A DNA stretch of 64,000 nt, from positions 2,056 through 66,055 of the forward strand of contig JBDRBM010000024.1 of assembly GCA_043822665.1 (NCBI GenBank). The letters are read 5' to 3'. Shown here piece after piece: positions 52,861 to 61,552 of the stretch. A model generated the notes under the pieces. It did no database searches, was not told the DNA's origin, and saw only the letters and a program-made list of their open reading frames with translations. The stretch comes from Candidatus Omnitrophota bacterium. GTDB taxonomy: Bacteria; Omnitrophota; Gorgyraeia; Gorgyraeales; Gorgyraeaceae. The position numbers were made by a program, and so were the translations under genes. The stretch's first letter is position 1, and every line of letters starts with the position of its first letter.

Positions 52861-54339
52861 ATGTGGACCAAAGAGAGCCTTAAAAAGGTTATTGAAGAGA
52901 GCCTTGGCGATTATTTATTAATAATCGCTTCCAATAGAGAGCCTTATATACACATGCACAAGAAATCAAATATTATATGCCAGCGTTCAGCCGGAGGAGT
53001 GGTCACGGCCCTTGATCCTGTAATGAAGGCTTGTAGTGGTTTGTGGGTTGCGCATGGCTCTGGAGACGCTGACAGAGAGACAGTGGATAAAAACGACAAA
53101 TTGCAAGTCCCGCCCGATGACCCTGAGTACACCCTGCGTCGAGTCTGGCTTACAAAGGAAGAGGAAGACGGATATTATTACGGTTTTGCGAATGAGGCCC
53201 TATGGCCGTTGTCGCATATAACCTACACCAGGCCACAGTTCGAGGAATTAGACTGGCGCATGTATGAAAAGGTCAACAGGAAATTCGCAGACGCTATTTT
53301 AAAAGAGGTCGGCCACAAAAAGGCGTTTGTATGGATACAGGATTACCATATGGCACTTCTCCCGAAGTTTTTAAAGGAAGATGCCGGCAGCAATATAATC
53401 ACAGCGCATTTCTGGCATATACCGTGGCCAAACCCAGAGGTATTCAGGATCTGCCCTAAGAGAAAAGAGATACTGGAGGGCCTCTTGGCAAATGACCTTC
53501 TGGGTTTTCATATAAGATATCACTGCGAAAATTTTATTGCTACAGTGGAAAAAGAGATTGAAACAAGGATTGATCGCGAGAGGTTTTCAGTTGTGAAAGG
53601 CGGGCATGAAACTCTTATCAGGCCTTTTCCTATAGGTGTGGATTATGAATATATAGAGCGCCTATCAAATTCGAAGGAGATAAAAGAATACATGCAAAGC
53701 CTGAAAGAGGAATTTCTCCTCAATTATGATTTCATAATGCTTGGCCTCGATAGGATTGATTATACAAAAGGCATCCCTGAAAGGCTGCGTGCCATAGACA
53801 GGTTCCTGGAAAAATATCCGGAGTATAAAGGGAGGTTTGTCTTTATTCAGATGGGCAGGCTATCAAGGCTTCATATACCTGCATACAAGAATTTGAATGA
53901 TGAGATAAACGCGCTTGTCGAAGAGATAAACTGGAAACATTCACATGAAGGCTGGCAGCCTATACTCTTTGTCAGGCGGCATCTAAATTATCCAGAGGTA
54001 ATGGCTTTCTGCAGGCTTGCTGATATATGCATAGTGAGTCCATTGCACGACGGAATGAATCTTGTGGCAAAGGAATATGTATCCACTCGCGCTGACGCGT
54101 CAGGGGTGCTGGTTCTGAGCCAGTTCACAGGTTCTGCCAGGGAACTGGACGGCGCGGTCATGATAAATCCGTATGATATAGAGGAATTCGCGGATAAGAT
54201 AAAAGAAGCAGTGTCAATGGATAGAGATGAAGCAAAGAGCCGCATGATCAAAATGAGAGAGCAAGTGTCAAGGAACAATATATACCGCTGGGCCGGCAAA
54301 GTCCTATCAGAACTTCTTAGGTTCGAATTCAAAGAATAA
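52861..54339 (+). CDS. otsA: Trehalose-6-phosphate synthase (GT20)
   Basis: SNREPY, GGVVTAL, GFANEALWPLSH, WIQDYH, GLDRIDYTKGI, SPLHDGMNLVAKEY, LSQFTG. Confidence 0.9.
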   Translation: MWTKESLKKVIEESLGDYLLIIASNREPYIHMHKKSNIICQRSAGGVVTALDPVMKACSGLWVAHGSGDADRETVDKNDKLQVPPDDPEYTLRRVWLTKEEEDGYYYGFANEALWPLSHITYTRPQFEELDWRMYEKVNRKFADAILKEVGHKKAFVWIQDYHMALLPKFLKEDAGSNIITAHFWHIPWPNPEVFRICPKRKEILEGLLANDLLGFHIRYHCENFIATVEKEIETRIDRERFSVVKGGHETLIRPFPIGVDYEYIERLSNSKEIKEYMQSLKEEFLLNYDFIMLGLDRIDYTKGIPERLRAIDRFLEKYPEYKGRFVFIQMGRLSRLHIPAYKNLNDEINALVEEINWKHSHEGWQPILFVRRHLNYPEVMAFCRLADICIVSPLHDGMNLVAKEYVSTRADASGVLVLSQFTGSARELDGAVMINPYDIEEFADKIKEAVSMDRDEAKSRMIKMREQVSRNNIYRWAGKVLSELLRFEFKE

Positions 54340-54340
54340 T

Positions 54341-55138
54341 ATGAAATATCTTTTCAGCCATGCGGAAGAGCTTTTCTCAAAAATAAAAAATTCCCGCCAA
54401 GTATTTTTATTCTTAGATTATGACGGCACGCTTACACCTATTGTCTCAAGGCCGCAGCTGGCAAGGCTTTCACCCTCTCTAAAAAAAATAATCAAAAACC
54501 TGAACACTCATCCAAGGCTCAACATCGCTATTATCAGCGGACGGTCTTTACAAGACGTGAAAAAGATGGTTGGAATAAGGGGTCTTGTGTATGCTGGAAA
54601 TCATGGGCTGGAGATAGAGCAAGGGAGTCGAAGGATTAAAAAATCAACAGGACCTTCCTCAAGATCTTTGATTAAAAATATAACATTATATCTTAAGGCT
54701 GTGCTCGGAGGCATAAAAGGCGTAATAGTAGAAGACAAAGGCCCTACACTTAGTGTTCATTTCAGGATGGCAAAGCCTGAACACAGAGCCAAGATAAAGG
54801 CCATCTTCAATAAAATATTAAAACCGTATATAACGTCGCAAAGAATCAGGGTGACATCAGGCAAGATGGTCCTTGAAGCGAGGCCAGCTGTTGAATGGCA
54901 CAAGGGCAGGGCGGTCATGGCTATCCTGGGCAGGAATAAGGCCCTGCCTATTTATATAGGTGATGATTTAACAGACATTGACGCATTCCGCGCCATTAAA
55001 GGAAAAGGCGTATCAATATTTGTAGGAATGCCAAAGAAGAACATAAAGGCGGATTATTATCTGAAAGACACAAAAGAAGTAAAACTATTCCTAAAACAGC
55101 TCCTTTTTACAAGCAGCGCAAGGCGCTGCAAGATGTAG
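54341..55138 (+). CDS. otsB: Trehalose-6-phosphate phosphatase (HAD)
   Basis: LFLDYDGTLTPI, IISGRS, and IYIGDDLTDIDAF near the C-terminus. Confidence 0.85.
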   Translation: MKYLFSHAEELFSKIKNSRQVFLFLDYDGTLTPIVSRPQLARLSPSLKKIIKNLNTHPRLNIAIISGRSLQDVKKMVGIRGLVYAGNHGLEIEQGSRRIKKSTGPSSRSLIKNITLYLKAVLGGIKGVIVEDKGPTLSVHFRMAKPEHRAKIKAIFNKILKPYITSQRIRVTSGKMVLEARPAVEWHKGRAVMAILGRNKALPIYIGDDLTDIDAFRAIKGKGVSIFVGMPKKNIKADYYLKDTKEVKLFLKQLLFTSSARRCKM

Positions 55139-55156
55139 TCGCAGCATCTTATGCTG

Positions 55157-55244
55157 CTTAACTTGCAGTATAGGATTTTCCTTTTTGTAGGCCCACATTA
55201 GTAGGGGACCCTTAAGAGTCCCCTACTAATGTGGATAACTTGAC
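55157..55244. repeat. Composite family-C/B element after otsB (includes the palindrome 55193-55233)
   Basis: CTTAACTTGCAGTATAGGATTTTCCTTTTTGTAGG, then CCACATTAGTAGGGGACCCTTAAGAGTCCCCTACTAATGTGG, then ATAACTTGAC. It is preceded by the small hairpin GCAGCAT-CTT-ATGCTGC. Confidence 0.9.
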
Positions 55245-55277
55245 TTATTTCCGGATACATAATATTATATAGAAGTC

Positions 55278-55949
55278 ATGGAAGATACTGCTATAAGAAA
55301 TAATGAAAAGACATTCAGGTTTTGCACAAGGCTGCATCTCAGGGTGCTTACAGGCCTGAAGGCCTCTAATATAAGAGAACTCCTGAGGCTGATAAAAAAG
55401 GTGCCTGGCTCATCTATCTATTATCATACCCACAGATCTCTTCAGCAACACAGGTATCTATCTCCTGAGCCGCCAAATGATTTTGCTCACTGGATAAAAA
55501 ATGCCCTGAACGAAGAGGTGCTTGCGGAAAAGATCGCCTCAATAGATACGATACGGCACTCTTCTATCCGTTCTCTTAGAAATGAAATAGCAAGTACAAT
55601 AAGAAACTATATAAAGAAAAACCCGAAGGTAAAGCTCAGGTTTACAACAGGCAATAAGGTTTTTCATTTTATTAAAAGCGTAAGCCTAATAATGCCCCTG
55701 CCTTACGTGGCAGGGAATCTGAAGGAATTTGTAGACATATTGAAAAAGATTACCCCAGATTCAATATATTTTCACATGTTTGAGGCAAGGCTGAGGCTGG
55801 ACAGGGAGACTAATGACTTTTCTCATTGGCTTGAGACATCTTTATTAGAGGGTGAACTTGCCAAAAAGATAAAATCCTTGGATCCCTACACCTATACTAT
55901 GGAAGACTTGAAGAAAAAGGTTATTAAGATAGCGGAAGAAAGACTCTAG
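55278..55949 (+). CDS. Uncharacterised protein built from two ~100-aa tandem repeats (possibly DUF5752-type)
   Basis: The internal duplication is visible by eye: ...SSIYYHTH...PPNDFAHWIKNALNEEVLAEKIASID... versus ...DSIYFHMF...ETNDFSHWLETSLLEGELAKKIKSLD.... The family name is from memory and unverified. Confidence 0.45.
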   Translation: MEDTAIRNNEKTFRFCTRLHLRVLTGLKASNIRELLRLIKKVPGSSIYYHTHRSLQQHRYLSPEPPNDFAHWIKNALNEEVLAEKIASIDTIRHSSIRSLRNEIASTIRNYIKKNPKVKLRFTTGNKVFHFIKSVSLIMPLPYVAGNLKEFVDILKKITPDSIYFHMFEARLRLDRETNDFSHWLETSLLEGELAKKIKSLDPYTYTMEDLKKKVIKIAEERL

Positions 55950-55951
55950 AT

Positions 55952-57199
55952 ATGTCAACAATTAATAGATACGAAGAGATAGTAGGCAAGAATACCATTG
56001 ATGAATTGCGCATGCTCTCAGGATACCTGGAAGGCAAGGTGATTCAGCATATAAATTCCACTGCCATGGGGGGAGGCGTAGCTGAGATACTCCAGAGGAT
56101 CGTTCCCTTGATGCAGGAATTGGGCGTGAACGCGCAGTGGGATGTCATAAAAGGAAATAAGGAATTTTTTGAAGTCACAAAGGCTATGCATAATGCTCTT
56201 CACGGGAAAAAGGTAAGGATAACAGGTCGGATGTGGGAGATCTTTAGTGAGGTAAGCCAGGAGAATATAAAGAACATGAATCTCTACGGCGACATAATGT
56301 TTATCCATGACCCGCAGCCTATAGCGTTAATAAGGCTTAAAAATAGGATAAAAGGCTGCAAGTGGATATGGCGCTGTCATGTGGACGTGTCTAATCCGGA
56401 TAAAAATGTCTGGAATTTTCTTAAAGGTTTTGCAGATAGGTATGATGCCGCTATATTTTCAAGTCCACATTTTGCGCACAAGATGAAAACACGTCAAATC
56501 TTGATCGCACCATCCATAGACCCTTTCAGTGATAAAAATAGGGAACTGTCGCAAAAAGAGATAGATGCTGTATTGAATAAGTATAAGATAGACCCACAAG
56601 CTAAGCCAATAGTATGCCAGATATCAAGATATGACGCGTTAAAAGACCCTGTGGGCGTAATAAAGGCATATAAGCTTGTAAAGAAATACGTGGACTGCCA
56701 GCTTCTTCTTGTAGGAAACAGGGCCTCAGACGATCCTGAAACAGACAAGGTTTATAAAGAGGTCCTGGACACTGCAGGAGGGGACCCTGATATACACGCA
56801 TTACTCGTGGAGAACATCCCATGTGAGATCAATGCGTTTCAGCGGGTTTCAAGCGTAATAGTCCAGAAGTCGATAAGAGAAGGTTTTGCCCTTACTGTAT
56901 CAGAGGCGTTATGGAAAGGAAAGCCAGTTGTGGCATCTAGTGTAGGAGGGATACCTTTACAGATTACGCATAAACATAGCGGGCTTTTATGCCATAGCAT
57001 AGAGGGAGCGGCGTTTTATATAAAACAACTCCTGAACGCGCCCGAATACGCCCGTAAACTCGGCGAAAATGGCCGCGAACACATAAAACAGAATTTTCTC
57101 CTAACCCGCCATTTAAAAGAATACATGCTTTTATTTCTTTCGCTCTATCATAAAGGCAACGTGATTACGTTCGGCCCGCTTGACCCCGCACCTTTATGA
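55952..57199 (+). CDS. treT: GT4 glycosyltransferase, TreT-like trehalose synthase
   Basis: HINSTAMGGGVAEILQRIVPLMQELGVNAQWDVIKGNKEFFEVTKAMHNALHG closely follows the N-terminus of archaeal TreT as I recall it. C-terminal REGFALTVSEALWKGKPV (E-x7-E GT4 motif). Confidence 0.65.
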   Translation: MSTINRYEEIVGKNTIDELRMLSGYLEGKVIQHINSTAMGGGVAEILQRIVPLMQELGVNAQWDVIKGNKEFFEVTKAMHNALHGKKVRITGRMWEIFSEVSQENIKNMNLYGDIMFIHDPQPIALIRLKNRIKGCKWIWRCHVDVSNPDKNVWNFLKGFADRYDAAIFSSPHFAHKMKTRQILIAPSIDPFSDKNRELSQKEIDAVLNKYKIDPQAKPIVCQISRYDALKDPVGVIKAYKLVKKYVDCQLLLVGNRASDDPETDKVYKEVLDTAGGDPDIHALLVENIPCEINAFQRVSSVIVQKSIREGFALTVSEALWKGKPVVASSVGGIPLQITHKHSGLLCHSIEGAAFYIKQLLNAPEYARKLGENGREHIKQNFLLTRHLKEYMLLFLSLYHKGNVITFGPLDPAPL

Positions 57200-57250
57200 T
57201 TCTAAGGACTTCTTCGCGATAAAAAGGTGCGGGGTTGAATTAGATAGACC

Positions 57251-57279
57251 TTGACAGGGTGAATAAAAAGTCGTATAAT
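57251..57279 (+). promoter_or_regulatory. Consensus sigma70 promoter of the pyr operon
   Basis: TTGACA (57251-57256), a 17-nt spacer, TATAAT (57274-57279). Confidence 0.75.
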
Positions 57280-57302
57280 ATATACAGAAAATAGAACCTT
57301 TA

Positions 57303-57447
57303 AACCAGCCCTGAGAGGCTGGTAAGGGAGCATAAAGTGGAAACTATAAAGCTAAAAGTTGTCCCGAACCTTTTGTTCAATTCGATTGGTAAGAAATCAT
57401 CATTTCTTAAACATATTGAATATCAAAAAGGTGCGGGATTTTTTTTA
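57303..57447 (+). promoter_or_regulatory. PyrR-binding hairpin plus attenuator terminator (pyr leader)
   Basis: ACCAGCCCUGAGAGGCUGGUAAGGGAG (57303-57329) matches the PyrR binding-loop core ..GAGAGGCUG.(A/U)AAGG. Downstream, the stem TCCCGAACCTTTTG (57362-57375) pairs with CAAAAAGGTGCGGGA (57424-57438), followed by T8. Confidence 0.7.
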
Positions 57448-57467
57448 TCTAGCGCCAGGAGGTTAAG

Positions 57468-58013
57468 GTGTCAGTCAGAAGAGCTACTATATTAACAAAA
57501 GAAGAGATAAGCCGGGCGGTCACGAGGATAAGCCATGAAATACTCGAAAATAACAAAGGCGCCGGAGGCCTCGCTATAATTGGCATAAGGAGCCGGGGTT
57601 ATTTTCTTGCCGAGAGGATCGCGGCATTGATTAATCAAATAGACGGCGTAGAATTACCGGTAGGCGCGCTTGATATAACTTTATACAGGGATGATTTAAG
57701 CGTTATCTCCAAACAGCCAGTAGTACACAAAACAGACATAGATTTTGATATAGAGGATAAAAATGTAATCCTTGTGGATGATGTCTTGTGCACCGGAAGG
57801 ACTATACGCTGTGCCTTGGACGCGCTTATAGATTTTGGAAGGCCCAGGACAATACAGCTCGCTGTGCTTATAGACAGGGGCCACCGCGAACTTCCCATAA
57901 GGGCTGATTATGTGGGTAAAAACCTGCCTACATCTAAAATAGAGGCAGTGCAGGTTAGACTTGAAGAGATAGATGGTGAGGACAGCGTTTTTATAGAGAC
58001 AGAAAATGGTTAA
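57468..58013 (+). CDS. pyrR: Bifunctional pyr operon regulator / uracil phosphoribosyltransferase
   Basis: GTG start after [27 protein letters not shown] (PRPP motif), [20 protein letters not shown]. Confidence 0.9.
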   Translation: MSVRRATILTKEEISRAVTRISHEILENNKGAGGLAIIGIRSRGYFLAERIAALINQIDGVELPVGALDITLYRDDLSVISKQPVVHKTDIDFDIEDKNVILVDDVLCTGRTIRCALDALIDFGRPRTIQLAVLIDRGHRELPIRADYVGKNLPTSKIEAVQVRLEEIDGEDSVFIETENG

Positions 58014-58959
58014 ACCCGCCAAGAAAAAACCAAGATGGTTTCATAAGGATTTATTAGGCTTAGAGTATCTCTCCAAAGAAGATATAGAGCTGTTGCTTGA
58101 TACAGCAGATTCATTCATAGAGATATTAGAGAGGACCATCAAAAAAGTCCCTGCCCTGCGCGGTAAAACAGTAGTGAATCTATTCTACGAACCTTCCACA
58201 AGGACAAGGGTATCTTTTGAGATAGCCGCCAAGAGGCTGTCCGCGGATGTAATCAATATCGCGACCGAGACATCGAGCGTTAGGAAAGGCGAGACGCTCA
58301 ATGATACTGGCAAAAACATAGAGGCGCTGAAGGCAGATATTATAATAGTCAGGCACAATTGTTCTGGCGCCGCAACAATGCTTGCCAGGAATGTAAATAT
58401 CAGCGTTGTTAACGCGGGCGACGGGTGGCACGAACATCCTACGCAAGGCCTGCTGGACATCTTCACCTTAAAAAAGAAATTTGGACACATAGAAGGCCTT
58501 AATGTCACTATAGTAGGCGACATTGCGCATTCGAGGGTGGCGCGTTCCAATATATGGGGCCTGACTAAACTTGGAGCAAATATTACACTGTGCGCGCCTG
58601 GTATATTAATACCGCCAGGCATAGAAAAAACAGGCGTAAGCGTGACAAGTGATATAGATTCCGCGCTCTATGACGCTGACGCGGTAAATGTATTAAGGAT
58701 GCAGTTTGAACGCGACGAAAAAACAGCCTTCCCCAAACAGTTAGAATACTTTAAGAAATTCGGCATAACCGAAGAGCGGCTCAAAAAAGCCAGGAAGAAT
58801 ATTATAGTAATGCACCCTGGGCCTATAAATAGAGGCATTGAGATATCAAGCGCGGTAGCGGATGGCGCAAATTCTGTAATTTTGGAACAAGTTACAAATG
58901 GCATTGCGGTCAGGATGGCGGTTCTTTTCTGGCTGTCTCAAGTAAGGACGCGGTTATGA
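58006..58959 (+). CDS. pyrB: Aspartate carbamoyltransferase catalytic subunit
   Basis: [33 protein letters not shown]. Confidence 0.95.
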   Translation: MVKPAKKKPRWFHKDLLGLEYLSKEDIELLLDTADSFIEILERTIKKVPALRGKTVVNLFYEPSTRTRVSFEIAAKRLSADVINIATETSSVRKGETLNDTGKNIEALKADIIIVRHNCSGAATMLARNVNISVVNAGDGWHEHPTQGLLDIFTLKKKFGHIEGLNVTIVGDIAHSRVARSNIWGLTKLGANITLCAPGILIPPGIEKTGVSVTSDIDSALYDADAVNVLRMQFERDEKTAFPKQLEYFKKFGITEERLKKARKNIIVMHPGPINRGIEISSAVADGANSVILEQVTNGIAVRMAVLFWLSQVRTRL

Positions 58960-60248
58960 AGATATTAATTAAAAACGGAATTGTAGTGGACCCTTCTAAT
59001 AATATAAATGGCGTAAGAGATATTCTTGTAGCCGGCGGAAAGATTTCCAAGGTGGAGAAAGAGATTAAAGTAGACGCGGATACAGTAATAGACGCCAAAG
59101 ACAAAATAATAATGCCTGGTATTGTGGACATGCATGTGCATTTAAGAGAACCAGGAAGAGAGGATAAGGAAACAGTTGCGAGCGGCACAATAGCCGCGGC
59201 AAAAGGCGGGGTTACCACAGTCCTTGCCATGCCCAACACCATACCCGCGATCGATTGCGCTAAAAACGCGCGCATCCTCAGGGATATTATAAAAAGGACG
59301 GCAAATATAGATGTTTTGATTAACGGTACGATTACCATAGACAGGCTCGGCAAAGAATTATGTGACATAGAATCATTAAAGGAACAAGGTATAATTGCCA
59401 TTACTGATGACGGGTCTTCTGTAGAAGATAAAGGATTAATGCTCAAAGCGCTCGGAAACGCAAAGAAACATAAGGTCCTTGTAATATGCCACTGCGAAGA
59501 TAAGAACCTTTCTAATAATGGAGTAGTAAATCTTGGTTTTACCTCTACGAGGCTCGGCTTAAGAGGGGTTTCTAATGAATCAGAATATAAAAGGGTTGAG
59601 CGTGATATACAATTGGCGGAACGTTCAGGCGCGGCTATCCATATTGCCCATGTAAGTTGTAAAGAATCAGTAGAGATAATCAGAAAGGCAAAAAAAATCG
59701 GCATAAAAGTAACGGCAGAGACAGCCCCCCATTATTTTATTTTGGACGAAGAAGCAGTGCTTGATTATAACACCAACATGAAGATAAACCCGCCTTTAAG
59801 GCACAGAGAAGATGTTGAGGCCATAAAACAAGGGCTCAAGGATGGCACCATAGACGCGATAGCCTCTGACCACGCGCCTCATACAGAAAATGAAAAAGAG
59901 ATAGAGTTTGAATATGCGGAATCAGGTACTATTGGTTTGGAGACAGGGCTTTCAGCAGGCATTACAGAGTTGATAGATACAGGGTTATTGACATGGAGCG
60001 AGTTGGCAGAGAAGATGTGTCTTAACCCTGCTAAGATTCTCGGCGTAGATAAAGGCGCTTTAGGGGAAGGCCGGGAAGCGGATATTATTATTATCTCGCC
60101 GGAAAAGGAATGGGTAGTAAAAAAGAAAGATTTTGTGTCCAGATCAAAGAATTCCGTATTTCTGGGCAGGAAGCTTAAGGGCGCGGTAGAGCATACCATT
60201 TACAAGGGCCGTGTAATCTATAGCGCGCAAAAAGGAGTCACTGAGTGA
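58956..60248 (+). CDS. pyrC: Dihydroorotase
   Basis: PGIVDMHVHLREPG, GGVTT, IAHVS, SDHAPH. Confidence 0.95.
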   Translation: MKILIKNGIVVDPSNNINGVRDILVAGGKISKVEKEIKVDADTVIDAKDKIIMPGIVDMHVHLREPGREDKETVASGTIAAAKGGVTTVLAMPNTIPAIDCAKNARILRDIIKRTANIDVLINGTITIDRLGKELCDIESLKEQGIIAITDDGSSVEDKGLMLKALGNAKKHKVLVICHCEDKNLSNNGVVNLGFTSTRLGLRGVSNESEYKRVERDIQLAERSGAAIHIAHVSCKESVEIIRKAKKIGIKVTAETAPHYFILDEEAVLDYNTNMKINPPLRHREDVEAIKQGLKDGTIDAIASDHAPHTENEKEIEFEYAESGTIGLETGLSAGITELIDTGLLTWSELAEKMCLNPAKILGVDKGALGEGREADIIIISPEKEWVVKKKDFVSRSKNSVFLGRKLKGAVEHTIYKGRVIYSAQKGVTE

Positions 60249-61477
60249 GGTTCGTCGCTGATTTTCACATTCATTCTAAATACAGCCGCGCCACAAGTCC
60301 GCAAATGGAAGTCAAAACCTTATCCGAGTTCGCGAAATTAAAAGGGATATCGCTTCTTGGCACAGGAGATTTTACCCACCACCTCTGGCTTGAGGAATTA
60401 AAAGACGCGCTGAAAGACTCGGGCAGCGGCTTCTTCGAGTATAATAATGTAAATTTTATACTTACCGGAGAAATATCGAGTATTTATTCCAAGGCAGGCA
60501 AGGTCAGGAAGATTCACAATATAGTATTTGCCCCGAGCTTTGACATTGTCGATAAAATAAATTCCGCGCTTTCAGGGTATGGAAACCTCGCGTCTGACGG
60601 AAGGCCTATTATCGGCATAGACGCGAAAGACCTGGCAGAGGTCTTATTCGGAATCAGTAAGGAGATATTTCTGGTGCCTGGCCATATCTGGACACCGTGG
60701 TTTTCTCTCTTTGGTTCCAAATCAGGTTTTGATTCAATAGAGGAGTGTTTTGAAGAATACGCCAAAGACATCTATGCCCTGGAAACAGGGCTTTCATCAG
60801 ACCCTGGCATGAACTGGCGCTGGAGCAAGCTTGACAGGTTCAGCCTGATATCTAATTCAGATTCACACAGTCCGCAGAAAATAGGCAGAGAAGCGAATAT
60901 ATTTGATACAGAAATGAGTTATAAAGCCGTAATAGACGCCCTTAAGTCAAAAGACAATAAGCAATTTCTCTCTACAATTGAATTTTTTCCGGAAGAGGGT
61001 AAGTATCATTTTGACGGACACAGGAACTGTAAACTACGTTTAAGTCCGGTTGAGACAAAAAAGAATAAAAATATCTGTCCTGTCTGCGGAAAACCCATTA
61101 CAGTAGGCGTAATGAACAGGGTCAATGAACTTGCTGACAGGCCTGAGGGGTTTGAGCCTGAGAACAGGATCCCGTACCAGAGGATGATACCTCTGGCAGA
61201 GATAATCGCGGGTGTCCTGGGCGTGGGATATAGCTCCAAGGCAGTAGGGAGTGAGTATCGCGCTATAATACCTCGGTTCGGGACAGAACTTGAGGTCCTG
61301 ACAAAGATAAAAGACGAAGAACTTCTCAGTAAGGTACCGCGGAAGATAGCAAAGGCTATAATAAACGTGAGAAAAGGAAATGTAAATATATTACCCGGGT
61401 ATGATGGCGAATATGGTAAGATAGAGATATTAAAAAAAGAAGAAGCTGTTGGCGAAAAACAGATGGATCTATTTTGA
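60245..61477 (+). CDS. Endonuclease Q-like PHP-domain nuclease with a zinc ribbon
   Basis: ADFHIHSKYSRA, LLGTGDFTH, SNSDSHSP, GKYHFDGH, CPVCGKPITVGVMNRV, PLAEIIAGVLG, PGYDGEYGKI. These parallel Pyrococcus/Bacillus EndoQ blocks as I recall them. Confidence 0.75.
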   Translation: MRFVADFHIHSKYSRATSPQMEVKTLSEFAKLKGISLLGTGDFTHHLWLEELKDALKDSGSGFFEYNNVNFILTGEISSIYSKAGKVRKIHNIVFAPSFDIVDKINSALSGYGNLASDGRPIIGIDAKDLAEVLFGISKEIFLVPGHIWTPWFSLFGSKSGFDSIEECFEEYAKDIYALETGLSSDPGMNWRWSKLDRFSLISNSDSHSPQKIGREANIFDTEMSYKAVIDALKSKDNKQFLSTIEFFPEEGKYHFDGHRNCKLRLSPVETKKNKNICPVCGKPITVGVMNRVNELADRPEGFEPENRIPYQRMIPLAEIIAGVLGVGYSSKAVGSEYRAIIPRFGTELEVLTKIKDEELLSKVPRKIAKAIINVRKGNVNILPGYDGEYGKIEILKKEEAVGEKQMDLF

Positions 61478-61495
61478 GCCTTCAGCCGTCACAAT

Positions 61496-61535
61496 CCACA
61501 ATGTAGGTGACCCTTAAGGGTCACCTACATTGTGG
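61496..61535. repeat. Family-B palindrome, copy 4 (inside the pyr operon)
   Basis: CCACAATGTAGGTGACCCTTAAGGGTCACCTACATTGTGG, followed by ATAACTTTTGG and preceded by CACAATC-CACAATG. Confidence 0.9.
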
Positions 61536-61552
61536 ATAACTTTTGGACAAAA

